A DNA stretch of 63,485 nucleotides, counting the filler, from Phoronis australis (lineage: Eukaryota; Animalia; Phoronida): NCBI GenBank assembly GCA_002633005.1. It is 8 parts of 8 records of this genome, joined end to end, with 100 filler letters (N's around TTAATTAATTAA, not from the genome) between each part and the next. Parts side by side here need not be neighbours in the genome. Positions count along the whole stretch, not along the records: positions 17,265 to 32,157 come from NMRA01001541.1; positions 32,258 to 37,196 come from NMRA01002451.1; positions 37,297 to 43,497 come from NMRA01002203.1; 5 more parts are not named here. One strand, given 5' to 3'. Every line of letters starts with the position of its first letter. The stretch's first letter is position 1. The position numbers were made by a program, and so were the translations under genes. Below the pieces are notes generated by a model. It saw only the letters and a program-made list of their open reading frames with translations, was not told the origin of the DNA and made no database searches. Shown here piece after piece: positions 24,777 to 38,100 of this stretch.

Positions 24777-24975
24777 GGACGTGGCAGAGGTGAAACAAGA
24801 GTGTCAGGGAGAGTGCCAACACACTTCTTGTCAGGCATGTAGGTTTGCTGACTATGATCCTGATTGCATCAAGTGCAGTAAAGATGACTTCTCATGTATG
24901 AAGAAGTACGCCAAGTGTGTCAAGAAACAGTACTGTACGCGGAACAAGTTTCCATGTCGGAAAGCAGCCTACAGG
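24777..24975 (+). CDS. Internal exon of an unidentified cysteine-rich protein
   Basis: Polypyrimidine-TTGCAG acceptor and AGG|GTGAGT donor; open frame DVAEVKQECQGECQHTSCQACRFADYDPDCIKCSKDDFSCMKKYAKCVKKQYCTRNKFPCRKAAYR with 10 Cys. Confidence 0.75.
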
Positions 24976-25301
24976 GTGAGTAGAGAACATGTTGTAGGTT
25001 GTAATCTACAGGGTAGGGTGAGTAGAGAACATGTAAGTAGTAATCTGTAGGGTGAGTAGAGAACATGTTGTAGGTTGTAATCTACAGGGTGAGTAGAGAA
25101 CATGTTGTAGGTTGTAATCTACAGGGTGAGTAGAGAACATGTAAGTAGTAATCTACAGGGTGAGTAGAGAACATGTAAGTAGTAATCTATAGGGTGAGTA
25201 GAGAACATGTAAGTAGTAATCTACAGGGTGAGTAGAGAACATGTAAGTAGTAATCTATAGGGTGAGTAGAGAACATGTAAGTAGTAATCTACAGGGTGAG
25301 T
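24969..25301 (+). repeat. 34/37-bp VNTR starting at the exon-intron boundary
   Basis: 10 copies of GGGTGAGTA in units CTACAGGGTGAGTAGAGAACATGTAAGTAGTAAT. Confidence 0.92.
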
Positions 25302-26508
25302 AAGAGTGTATGATGGAAATCACTGCTTCAGAGATGCCCACTAGTACACATTAAAATGTTACCAACCTAGAATATAATATCAGACAAACCAGTGCTCAAT
25401 GAACAACATCAAATCAAACAACATGACTGCATCAACAACAGCCATGGCTCAAAATCCACTTTTCACAATTTAGTGAAAGCACAGGTTTTGAAAAATTAAC
25501 TGATAATCAAAACCTATAAACACTGGGCCTTGAAAGTTAATCATTTGCTAATTTGGCAATAACACGAATTTGGACATTCAACTGAAAGTTTGAAAATTTA
25601 TCATATTGTCCAAGAAAACGTTTTTATTTTTGTTTGTGAAAATACAGAAAAACCAAAAATACTAAAACTTGTGGAAAAAATAATGGAGGCACAATTTTTG
25701 GGTAGGCACCACTGCTGCATGAATTTCCCCTCTCCCAGTGAGGGAGCAGCAGGCTATCATGTGTACAGCCCAATGTAGTCTGGAGGGTCCAGACTATCAT
25801 GTGCATAGGTCAGTGATGACTTGTGCCGTCTAGGGTTTCTTGTTCTGATGAACACAACCTCATTCATGTTTTGGTCAGAGACCATCATTTTGATAAGTCA
25901 GGAACATTCAGAGGACCATGCCGTACCACAAAGAGAATTGAAAGTCTGCGCCTCTTTGTATGACACTATGTGTCTGTCTGTGTAACTGGTCAGAGCAGAA
26001 TGCTCCACTTAAAATGTTTACATTGTCTGTAAGTATTGACTGCTTGTTACATTTGTTGAGTTTTTGACAAAAGTAAGCGGTACTTACCATTTTATATTCC
26101 TTGGTATTTGTCATTACATTTCCATACAGCACCTAGAAAATTCTATGGATTTCATAAGCATTTTCAAAATTATAAGGTCTTTTTCACAACAATTTACTTT
26201 GTAAATATACTTCATTTAAAACTAGTGGTCCATGTTTTCCAAGATATTTCGTTTTGTCAACAATCACACCTCAAAACAACAGTTTTTTCACAGTGTGTTG
26301 TGATTGAAGTATTTATTCCAAAACATTCTATAATTCCCTTGGTTAACCTCTGATTAAAAACAAAAATGTTTTCAATACTAAGTCAGCAATTGTGTGTTTA
26401 CTGTAATTTAATATCAAATCTTAAGTGTTTTGGTTCTTAGTCACTAGAGATTATCCAGGTCGGGTATCACGACTTCCACTGCCTGCCCCACCCCCCACCA
26501 TGAAGTAC

Positions 26509-29222
26509 AATGCTAGTCTAATCAAACCTATAGTCTTCCACTGGGCCCCCGATGAGGTAAAATGCTAGTCTAATCAAACCTATAGTCTTCCACTGGGCCC
26601 CCGATGAGGTAAAATGCTAGTCTAATCAAACCTATAGTCTTCCACTGGGCCCCCGATGAGGTAAAATGCTAGTCTAATCAAACCTATAGTCTTCCACTGG
26701 GCCCCCGATGAGGTAAAATGCTAGTCTAATCAAACCTATAGTCTTCCACTGGGCCCCCGATGAGGTAAAATGCTAGTCTAATCAAACCTATAGTCTTCCA
26801 CTGGGCCCCCGATGAGGTAAAATGCTAGTCTAATCAAACCTATAGTCTTCCACTGGGCCCCCGATGAGGTAAAATGCTAGTCTAATCAAACCTATAGTCT
26901 TCCACTGGGCCCCCGATGAGGTAAAATGCTAGTCTAATCAAACCTATAGTCTTCCACTGGGCCCCCGATGAGGTAAAATGCTAGTCTAATCAAACCTATA
27001 GTCTTCCACTGGGCCCCCGATGAGGTAAAATGCTAGTCTAATCAAACCTATAGTCTTCCACTGGGCCCCCGATGAGGTAAAATGCTAGTCTAATCAAACC
27101 TATAGTCTTCCACTGGGCCCCCGATGAGGTAAAATGCTAGTCTAATCAAACCTATAGTCTTCCACTGGGCCCCCGATGAGGTAAAATGCTAGTCTAATCA
27201 AACCTATAGTCTTCCACTGGGCCCCCGATGAGGTAAAATGCTAGTCTAATCAAACCTATAGTCTTCCACTGGGCCCCCGATGAGGTAAAATGCTAGTCTA
27301 ATCAAACCTATAGTCTTCCACTGGGCCCCCGATGAGGTAAAATGCTAGTCTAATCAAACCTATAGTCTTCCACTGGGCCCCCGATGAGGTAAAATGCTAG
27401 TCTAATCAAACCTATAGTCTTCCACTGGGCCCCCGATGAGGTAAAATGCTAGTCTAATCAAACCTATAGTCTTCCACTGGGCCCCCGATGAGGTAAAATG
27501 CTAGTCTAATCAAACCTATAGTCTTCCACTGGGCCCCCGATGAGGTAAAATGCTAGTCTAATCAAACCTATAGTCTTCCACTGGGCCCCCGATGAGGTAA
27601 AATGCTAGTCTAATCAAACCTATAGTCTTCCACTGGGCCCCCGATGAGGTAAAATGCTAGTCTAATCAAACCTATAGTCTTCCACTGGGCCCCCGATGAG
27701 GTAAAATGCTAGTCTAATCAAACCTATAGTCTTCCACTGGGCCCCCGATGAGGTAAAATGCTAGTCTAATCAAACCTATAGTCTTCCACTGGGCCCCCGA
27801 TGAGGTAAAATGCTAGTCTAATCAAACCTATAGTCTTCCACTGGGCCCCCGATGAGGTAAAATGCTAGTCTAATCAAACCTATAGTCTTCCACTGGGCCC
27901 CCGATGAGGTAAAATGCTAGTCTAATCAAACCTATAGTCTTCCACTGGGCCCCCGATGAGGTAAAATGCTAGTCTAATCAAACCTATAGTCTTCCACTGG
28001 GCCCCCGATGAGGTAAAATGCTAGTCTAATCAAACCTATAGTCTTCCACTGGGCCCCCGATGAGGTAAAATGCTAGTCTAATCAAACCTATAGTCTTCCA
28101 CTGGGCCCCCGATGAGGTAAAATGCTAGTCTAATCAAACCTATAGTCTTCCACTGGGCCCCCGATGAGGTAAAATGCTAGTCTAATCAAACCTATAGTCT
28201 TCCACTGGGCCCCCGATGAGGTAAAATGCTAGTCTAATCAAACCTATAGTCTTCCACTGGGCCCCCGATGAGGTAAAATGCTAGTCTAATCAAACCTATA
28301 GTCTTCCACTGGGCCCCCGATGAGGTAAAATGCTAGTCTAATCAAACCTATAGTCTTCCACTGGGCCCCCGATGAGGTAAAATGCTAGTCTAATCAAACC
28401 TATAGTCTTCCACTGGGCCCCCGATGAGGTAAAATGCTAGTCTAATCAAACCTATAGTCTTCCACTGGGCCCCCGATGAGGTAAAATGCTAGTCTAATCA
28501 AACCTATAGTCTTCCACTGGGCCCCCGATGAGGTAAAATGCTAGTCTAATCAAACCTATAGTCTTCCACTGGGCCCCCGATGAGGTAAAATGCTAGTCTA
28601 ATCAAACCTATAGTCTTCCACTGGGCCCCCGATGAGGTAAAATGCTAGTCTAATCAAACCTATAGTCTTCCACTGGGCCCCCGATGAGGTAAAATGCTAG
28701 TCTAATCAAACCTATAGTCTTCCACTGGGCCCCCGATGAGGTAAAATGCTAGTCTAATCAAACCTATAGTCTTCCACTGGGCCCCCGATGAGGTAAAATG
28801 CTAGTCTAATCAAACCTATAGTCTTCCACTGGGCCCCCGATGAGGTAAAATGCTAGTCTAATCAAACCTATAGTCTTCCACTGGGCCCCCGATGAGGTAA
28901 AATGCTAGTCTAATCAAACCTATAGTCTTCCACTGGGCCCCCGATGAGGTAAAATGCTAGTCTAATCAAACCTATAGTCTTCCACTGGGCCCCCGATGAG
29001 GTAAAATGCTAGTCTAATCAAACCTATAGTCTTCCACTGGGCCCCCGATGAGGTAAAATGCTAGTCTAATCAAACCTATAGTCTTCCACTGGGCCCCCGA
29101 TGAGGTAAAATGCTAGTCTAATCAAACCTATAGTCTTCCACTGGGCCCCCGATGAGGTAAAATGCTAGTCTAATCAAACCTATAGTCTTCCACTGGGCCC
29201 CCGATGAGGTAAAATGCTAGTC
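26509..29222. repeat. Near-perfect 52-bp tandem array, about 52 copies
   Basis: AATGCTAGTCTAATCAAACCTATAGTCTTCCACTGGGCCCCCGATGAGGTAA repeated with no visible variants; ends at a single N. Confidence 0.97.
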
Positions 29223-29223
29223 N

Positions 29224-29346
29224 ACCATGCCTCGCACCAGACCATGCCTCGCACCAGACCATGCCTCGCACCAGACCATGCCTCGCACCAGACCATGCCT
29301 CGCACCAGACCATGCCTTGCACCAGACCATACCTCGCACCAGACCA
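29224..29346. repeat. 17-bp minisatellite
   Basis: ACCATGCCTCGCACCAG, about 7 copies. Confidence 0.92.
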
Positions 29347-30577
29347 GCTTCACAAATTGATTTTTCTTGCAAAAACTATGGACAAAGTCATTCACCACGA
29401 TGTCACATCTCCTCAATGTGAATTTATTTTTGGTATTCAAAATTTGTAATTGGTTTATGTTTGAAGCCACTGAATAATGTGTATTATATTTAACCAGTCA
29501 AATATTAAATGCATGTTCGTTGATCACTTATTTCCCACATCAGTTTCAAACAATACATAACTGTCTGTCTGGCTATATGGAACCGAAGCATGAGAACCCA
29601 GATCCAAACCCAAAGTGGAACCATTGCAGACCAAATTCCTACCATTTGTTTGAAATTAAAACTACAAAAGATTGCATGAATTTTGAGTTATGATTTGTTT
29701 CAACAATCACACCTACAATTAATTGAGAAAATATACAATGACAAAAGTAGACAGTCTTACGACCACAGCTTTTCTGAGGACACAATATTGTTGTGATGGA
29801 GAATGCAAGTGCTGCCACCTTTGGGGACTTTTTGTACCCTAATTAAAGATCATGGCTCTTTTCATTGCATAAACACACCACAATTTGGTTTAAGTTGAAT
29901 TCTCCAACTCTTTTTTTTAGCAAATTTAGGAATACATTAAAATGGAAATCAATAATTCATTTAATGACTAACAACTTATTGACATATTTCATACATGACC
30001 AGCAGAAAGTAAAACATAAATAATAAATTGAAACATTATTTATTATGCCATCATCTTAGCTTTTACTAAGGCTTCAACTTTTTCTGTCTTTTAGCCAAGA
30101 CACACATCATTAAGAATGCATGCACAATTAATGAGGCTGCTAACAGTCTTTAACAGCATTGTAAGCCATTACAAGTGTGCCATACACAAACTGATCCAAG
30201 AATTCTTAGACAGTGCAGTTTTATAAAGTCACCTCAAACCAAAACGTTTGGTTTTTAATTATTCTATAGACAAAGTGTGGTTTGTGAAATTTTGTACAGA
30301 TCAGACAAAATGACTAAAGGGTACAGTACTAGTTGTTTTTGTCTGAAAATTGATTGGTGTTGCACTCTACAAAATACAAAATTAACACAGTCACATGCTA
30401 AGTTTTATGACAATCTTTCACATGCCTTTTAGATAACAAGGCAGATGACAAAAATTGAACTGCAAATGGGAGGGGCCACAGTTGTACCAGCACGGATAAT
30501 TGACCCCTTGGCAAGCAGCCAAATTTCAAGAGCCTTTCAAGAGTAAATATAGAAAAATATTACAACACCCAAAAACC

Positions 30578-31080
30578 ATAAATGAAAACTGCCACAAGGT
30601 GTCAGGCATAACTGTGACATATATGAAAACTGCCACAAGGTGTAAAGCATAACTGCGATTTGAATGAAAAATGCCACAAGATGCCAGGCATGACTCTGAT
30701 ATAAATGAAAACTGCCACCAGGTGTCAGGCGTAAGTGTGATATAAATGAAAACTGCCACAAGGTGTCAGCCATAAGTGTGATATAAATGAAAACTGCCAC
30801 AAGGTGTCAGGCATGACTGTGATTTAAATGGAAACTGCCACAAGACATCAGGCATGACTGTGATATAAATGAAAATTGACACAAAATGCTGGAATTCAAC
30901 GAAAAAGTGACTTCAGTTGTACTCGTGAAAAAGAAGTGCAAAGTTTCACGGCATCATTCAAGATTTAAGGAGATACAAGCGCATATACTGGATGCTGCCA
31001 GTATAGAGTAGCAAATGGTGGAGACCACCAGATACAGAGGATGATAACATGTACCCAAATATTGAACACTTGGGTGCATG
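30578..31080. mobile_element. Second HINE-like family: 41-bp tandem repeats followed by a terminal hairpin
   Basis: About 8 units (GCCAC at 30591, 30632, 30673...), then a CAAAGTTTCA...GGAGATAC block like family 1, and hairpin CATGTACCCAA...TTGGGTGCATG at 31048-31080. Confidence 0.6.
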
Positions 31081-34000
31081 AAAAATTACTCAGATGTCTT
31101 TAATCATTTTATTGCTGAAAATAACACAATATAACTACTAGTGATTCGTCACACTTAGTCCTGTGTAGCCTGTAATAACACAATATAACTACCAAGTGAT
31201 TCGTCACACTTAGTCCTGGGTAGCCAGTAATCACCACTGTAACTTTGAGACCAACCTCCTCAAAACACTTCTATGACATCCCAGCAACACTGCTCCTGCA
31301 CTTCTCAAAACACCAGTTTCTTGGCCAAGCCTCCTAAAACAAGGGAATAGTGACAACTGAAGCATTAGTTAAAAAGAGCGCCGCGACTGAGCGGTAAATC
31401 TTGAATATTATGAGAACGGTAAGCCGTAATAAGAAAGGAGTTTCACAACACTGATAACACTTGAAAAGATTCCATTGAACAGATCTGTCATGGGACGCCG
31501 AAGATACGACTGAAATCTCAATTAACAGGAGACAGTCCTCAGAAAATCTCACATAACTCGAGAACAGTAAGATCTAAAGAAAACAAAATGGCACACTTGT
31601 CACAGCCCTTGGAATTATCGATCCATAGAAAAAAAAATTGCACAAGAAACAGCAGAACTATGACTTCGCAATCCAAATAAAAGTGCTATCTTGCATCCGA
31701 GTTTAACCAAAAACCCAAAACAATAGGCTTTGAGACATTCGCAAGACACATGTTGCATAGAAATTTTGCGTTGATCAGATAAGAATTGTGATCTGTAACA
31801 CGCGAACAAAGAAACAAACAAAACAACAAACTTTATGACAAAACGACATACTCGGAGAGATATCATTTCCCCACGTAATAAAGAAAACCATGATTCGCCT
31901 CAAACATAATGAAGTTGTAAGATGCCATGATTGAGTAAAATCATAAAATACGATGCATTATTGAACTCATAACATACAATTAATTTACTTATAAAACCCA
32001 ATGGATTAATGACCCTGTAAAGTGTGACAAACTGATAATACCATAAAAGTACAGCAGTAAAATGAGACAGAAATAACAAGCCAGTAAAATGAGAAAATGT
32101 CACAGTATGCAACAAAGGAGCGCATACATCCTACAGTAAAATGAGAAAATGTCACAGNNNNNNNNNNNNNNNNNNNNNNNNNNNNNNNNNNNNNNNNNNN
32201 NTTAATTAATTAANNNNNNNNNNNNNNNNNNNNNNNNNNNNNNNNNNNNNNNNNNNNGACAGGTATTCTCGTTAAGTTGTTCGATGAAAAGTAAACGAAA
32301 ACGAAGAAACGGTTACCTAAAGACCGTAAACTGAGAATCCGAAATTCATCCTAATCAACACATGGACTTAAGAAAGTTGAATGTTCTTAATGGTAAAAGC
32401 GGCCACGCCTAAACTGTCTGTAAATGGCCATGAAATACCTCGTATAATTCCTCCTTTGACAACTCGTACATTTTAAGTATAAAAATGGCTTCAAAGTAAT
32501 GCTATGAATCGCCATGTGAAATATAGATACATTCATCAGAACATTTAAATTTGGACATGCTATGAACATTCCCACTAAATAAAATTGGTTCTAACCCCGG
32601 TGTTTAAAGACCCTACATGTACATAACGGCCAAATGACTTTTGAACATGTTAAATATCTGTATCATTGATCGAAACAAACATATCATCCCTCCCTTTACT
32701 CCTGGCATTTGCTAATTACGCCAATTACTATCGTACGACCCCATCATGAACCCCATTTAGCGCCGAAAAAAACTTTAGGTGGCGCTCGTTCTAATCGACG
32801 CAAATGACGTCATCGTTGATACCCAATACCTATCGAAGTCCGTTGCCACAGGAAGCTTACCTTACGGTGTCTGGTGCATATTTCAAGTCACAGATTTTCA
32901 AACTTACAACTGTTAGAGACAACCAAGCTCAAATACTATACGACACTTATCTCGACACTTCCACGTGCATATAATATCCTTCAACTCACTGTCCCTTGAT
33001 AGTTAAGCGTCGCCGAAGACAGTAGCGCGTTCTCGGTGGGGACCACTTACTCAGTCTAACATCAAATACTTATTCACAAAGACGTCCGGGTTTAACGAAC
33101 AGATTTAACAAACAGGGTCCCTGCGTGCATTGGGGGACAGGTTTGCAATGAATGGAGATTTGTCGGACCCACGGCGACATCCTGGNCGGAATGCGTGTAC
33201 CGGAGAATTAATTTGTTTGTAGTCGCTCCGTGATAATTACGGGATTATGTCGGGGAGTAAGTAGGCGTTACACATCTTAATGAAGCGAAAGGCTCACTCG
33301 CAGCACGATGAAAAAGAATGACCCGAGACTTTTCGCACTTGGGTTAGAAAAGTATAGGCCTAATACCTTGCAATGGAAGGACGTTCAATGAAAAGTGCTG
33401 CGAAATGGAAGATTGAGAAAATGTAGAAACAACGTTTGGATGGATTAGCGCTGTGTATGTTCAAGCCAGAGGAATCCGAGTAAATAAGTGAAACAGAAGG
33501 GGAAACTTACCGGCCAATTGTCACGGAACTCGCTACGGACCGTCATTTGAAGACAAAGGCATTTTACACAAGGCATACGAAACTTAACCCGTAACCGACG
33601 CAGCTAGCAGCACGCCGATTAGTGAGACCTGCAGGAAAATCTAAGTGCGATTGAGGTGGAAACAAAATATTGAGCACAAAGGACAAAGTTAGCGCTGCGA
33701 ATAGGTTGTCATATTTAAACTAGTGTTCAATTTGAAAGACCAATTGCACAAGGCATTTTATACTTTGAAGTCAGGGAAATACGCCGTACCCGTCATAGCA
33801 CAACCCATCGACATGCTGACTTCACACTTTTTTCAGTGCGTGCCTTCAAAGTGTACCCAAAGCCGTATTGCCTGACGTTCACGTGCGGGGTTTATAAGAA
33901 AGTGCACCCTTTCCCGGCCGATGTTAGATTTCAAAGAATGTGCCACAAAACTCAAGTTGAATCAGCGCTCATCTTCGGTCACGTGCATTCGAGTATATGC

Positions 34001-34930
34001 AACACCCAAGCACTTAATCGAGCCAAGCCAGTGCAATATTTTATTTAGAACGGCCGCAGTACTCTTTTGATGTGCGACTTGGGAGGTGTGAACCTCTACG
34101 TTCTCACCACTGGAGTACGTGATACATTGGCTGCAACACATGAGTGACAGATGACTCATATATATGTCGCGCGTGCTGTCCCAGAAAAGAGGGCTTGAGA
34201 ATTTGTTGTCGACTTACTTTCATCCTGATGCAAGACAAGTTGTGACCGGTCGTTTGGCAAGTAACAGCCAAGGGTTGTCATCTTTACGTTTGTTTTTTGC
34301 GATAAAAAAGAGACGTAGGCTACATTCACCCACACCGTTAATTGACGACATTGCTGAGCCACGATCGCATAAAATGGTACCGACTATGTCGCGGTGATTT
34401 ATTGCCGAGGATATTGTTGGATAATCAAGACATCTTACGTGAAAAATAAGTATTTTTTCCACCACAGAGTTCGGTAAGTTTGCCGTTGTCAGATTCAGTA
34501 CGAAACGTAGCTGTTGTAGGACCTTTTACGTGGGTGCACATACTTCGAAAATTGGTTCGTCGTGGGTCGTGAGTGAATCGATGGCAGACCCTATCCGAGA
34601 TCTACGCCGCTGTTTGGTTCGAAGGGTGCTTTGCTTGACACCATTGTTTTGCTTAGTAATATTGCATTATCAGTCGACATTGATGCCTAACGTCGGCGAT
34701 GTTTCTAATTGGTGACGTTCCTTGAGCAAAACTACTTTGTTTTTTACTGTCCCAACAGCCGATCAGGTGCTCACTACAGGTTGTGGTTAGCGCGGTATGT
34801 GTTGCTCGTTCTCAACGATGATGTCAATAGGCCAGTCTACTGTGATTCGTCGAGAGAATAAAAGGGGTTTCTGATGGGGGCACATAATATGGGGGGCACA
34901 AAATGCGTAGTGGTTGTGTGGAATAAAACG

Positions 34931-35156
34931 AAACAAAGATATGTTGCACAAAAGTACATGTATTTAACATATCTAAAAGGCAGCTGGCTCATTTTATAGG
35001 GACTTTAAGGTAAACGGCGGGGTATGGAAAATTGAACTAGACCGTATTTATCCACCTTGGCTGAGACGCGCTCGGCTCAAACAAAGATATGTTGCACAAA
35101 AGTACATGTATTTAACATATCTAAAAGGCAGTTGGCTCATTTTATAGGGACTTTAA
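34931..35156. repeat. 78-bp direct duplication flanking a 70-bp repeat fragment
   Basis: 34931-35008 matches 35079-35156 (one visible mismatch). The insert 35009-35078 is the reverse complement of ~48413-48482. Confidence 0.85.
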
Positions 35157-35728
35157 TCTAGAGGGTGTCCAAGGCATCTAAATGGACACCCTGACTCAAA
35201 CTTAGATACCCTGTCCAGTAATGAAAAGTTGGTTTAAAGCGATGCAAGAAGCTGAAAACTTTATTGCAGACATAAATCTCCAAAGTAACACAACACACTA
35301 AAACAATTATTTGCTTTCAGGTCATAAAAATGCTGTCGAGGGTTACTGATGATGGATACCCTGAGAAATTGTGAAACCCATTTTGGACGCCCTATTTTTG
35401 AAATCCTGTGTGGAATAGAAAAACAGTACTTGACTCAAAAATTCACCTATTTCTTGGCATGTTTTGAGTGAATGAATAAATTTCATGAGAAATGACTTAC
35501 CAAACTTACCAAGTTTCCAAGTGAATGACTAAATTTGATTCGAAATGACTTGTCAGCTTTTCAGGCGAATGGTCAAATTCATACGAAATGACATTCCAAT
35601 TTTTAGTCAAATCCTAATATAAAGTCTAGTGATGTTAAGCCCAGTTCTTTTCTGCTTGTAAAGGCCGGATGTGCAAATAAACTAAAAATCAAAACAAATC
35701 AAATGAATTTTGGCAGAAAATAACTTAC

Positions 35729-35851
35729 ATATCCAACCCCTGTAAGAGAGCAGGGCACGTAGGAGCCAACGTCGGACATAGAGTAGAATGATGAAGAAGA
35801 CGAGACCTGACGACAGAGATACGAGGACCACACGTACCGGGAATGGGATAC
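35729..35851 (-). CDS. CPT1: Carnitine O-palmitoyltransferase 1-like exon (second TM helix region)
   Basis: IPFPVRVVLVSLSSGLVFFIILLYVRRWLLRALLSYRGWI resembles the CPT1 LLSYHGWM motif after TM2; AG/GT boundaries, 123 bp, phase 1-1. Confidence 0.75.
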
Positions 35852-37545
35852 CTAGGATGGCAGATTTCAAAATAACATTACATAATTTTATCACAGGGTA
35901 AAAATTCTTCAGTTTTGGGACAGGAATAATAGTTCAGACTGACTGCTATCTTGCACTTTTTCAAACGTAAGGCTTCCTACAGTTGTATAATAAAAGCCAT
36001 GTTGACTGAGAAATATGTACATAACTTTCCTTCACTAGAAAATTTGAAAAAAGCAAACTTAACTTGTCAGCTACGTTGAGTTATAAACAGAAGAATTTTC
36101 AATATTTACAATAACTCAGAGGGAAACCATACATCAATTGCATCTTAGACTATTCAATGATAAGCACTGTTACTCGTTTGACCCGACAGGGATGTTCCGC
36201 TGTGAAACCAGCAACAGGCAGAAAGTGATATCTGTGATATTACAGACAGGATGGAACATTTCAAATAGTTTTATAAGTCATTCTGGTAAACCATGCAGCA
36301 ACAGAGCCTAAAAATATCTCATCGAGTAAAATTCATTTGCAACAACCCCTTAGGGAGTTGGTTTGAAAAATGGATGTTTGGCTGCAGAAAGCTCAATTCA
36401 GACAATGGATGAGACTGTTGGGCTTCAAGGAAACAAAATTTGAAACTCTTATGCAGAGAGTCATAGCAAAATTAGTCGTCATTCTAGGGTTCCAGAGGGC
36501 TCAACCTAGAAAATATTGCAACAGTTTTTTTACATAAATGGCATCTTCAAACATCCCTTGGTGCCAGAAAAAAAGTCTACCGAAATCGGAGTGGCAGAAG
36601 TCGTTTTTTCAAGATGGCGGAAAAAGTGGCCACCAAAACCGGTGTTATTAAATGTACACTTTGTACAGTTTCCACTTTCTAAGATAAACCCCTCGCATGA
36701 TCCAAATGCCACAAGACAAACTGATTCTCACCATCAATCATTTGACTGGAAATAGCTTAGCATGCCAAGGACAATAAAGTGGCCATAAATCAGTCTTCAA
36801 CCACAAACAATCATTTTTACACAGTCCACTTATTGATATGAAATTGGACTCCTTTATTTGATAAGGATTTGACAAAATATGAAGCAATTTTTTGACATAT
36901 CCTCATCAAATAAACAAAAGAAATTTACAAGGTCAGCTAGGAAGTAATACATATTTTGCAAAACTTAATGGTGTGATATACAGTGAAACAATTCCCTTGT
37001 CTTCCAACAAGTTGAGTGCAATGTACTTGTATTATATGACTTATCAGTTCAAGTCAGGTCATGTCAGGTCATCTAAGACTGACCTCGAAACACCAACCAA
37101 TCAGAACTCAAGACAAATCCATGACAGCTGGTTCAGAGTCCATTGACCCATTTACTATTTCTGTTCTTCCACATGTGACTAGAGCTCAAAGGTAAANNNN
37201 NNNNNNNNNNNNNNNNNNNNNNNNNNNNNNNNNNNNNNNNTTAATTAATTAANNNNNNNNNNNNNNNNNNNNNNNNNNNNNNNNNNNNNNNNNNNNAGTA
37301 CCTTACTATTACAGTTGTTCCAAGGCCACCTATGGAACTCTACTTAGGAAACTGTTAAACATGAACTATTTGATATTGTCAAGAGAATAACCTCAACAGC
37401 TTTCTGGAAACTATAGGCTTGTGAAGTTACTGCTGGAAAGTCCAAATGTATGAGTCAGTGAAGGCTTTATTCTCCTCTCTTGTGTTGTTAATTTCTATTC
37501 CTTTGTTGAAATAAATAGTTTCATAATTAAAAAACTCAGCCATAC

Positions 37546-37694
37546 CTGTGAAACCTTGTACAGGGTGACTATCCTAGAACAGCATCGTTGCCCCAGGCAA
37601 CAGTGCTGCTGCAGTCTCTCCATGGTAGCGATAACGTCACTAGAGTCCAGCACCATTTGCTCAGGAGGGGCGGCCATACTGAGAATACTGGCAG
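37546..37694 (-). CDS. SPG11: Spatacsin exon (8 of 8)
   Basis: Phase-1 acceptor; DVIATMERLQQHCCLGQRCCSRIVTLYKVSQ (C..G...C..I..LY motif). Confidence 0.85.
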
Positions 37695-37803
37695 CTGTAA
37701 CAGTCATGGTGGTCACAGTTAAAACAACAAGACAAGTGAGCTGTTCATAGTGAAAAGCTTGTGTAAAAGATGTCAGGCATGAGACATAAAGAATCTCATC
37801 AAC

Positions 37804-38100
37804 ATTGAGGTGCTATAGTGTATTGAGGTGCTGTACTGTATTGAGGTGCTGTACTGTATTGAGGTGCTGTACTGTATTGAGGTGCTGTACTGTATTGAGG
37901 TGCTGTACTGTATTGAGGTGCTGTACTGTATTGAAGTTCTGTACTGTATTGAGAAGCTGTACTGTATTGAGGTGCTGTACAGTATTGAGGGGCTGTACTG
38001 TATTGAGCTCAGTGCTGTACTGTATTGAGCTCAGTGCTGTACTGTAGTGAGGCGCCGTACTGTAGTGAGGTGTTGTACTGTATTGAGGTGCTATACTGTC
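37804..38100. repeat. 18-bp intronic minisatellite
   Basis: TATTGAGGTGCTGTACTG, about 16 copies. Confidence 0.92.

Noticed and set aside
26509-29222. CRISPR array or hammerhead-ribozyme satellite
   Set aside because: No unique spacers and no cas genes; the unit has CCGATGAG rather than CTGATGA and lacks the GAAA box.
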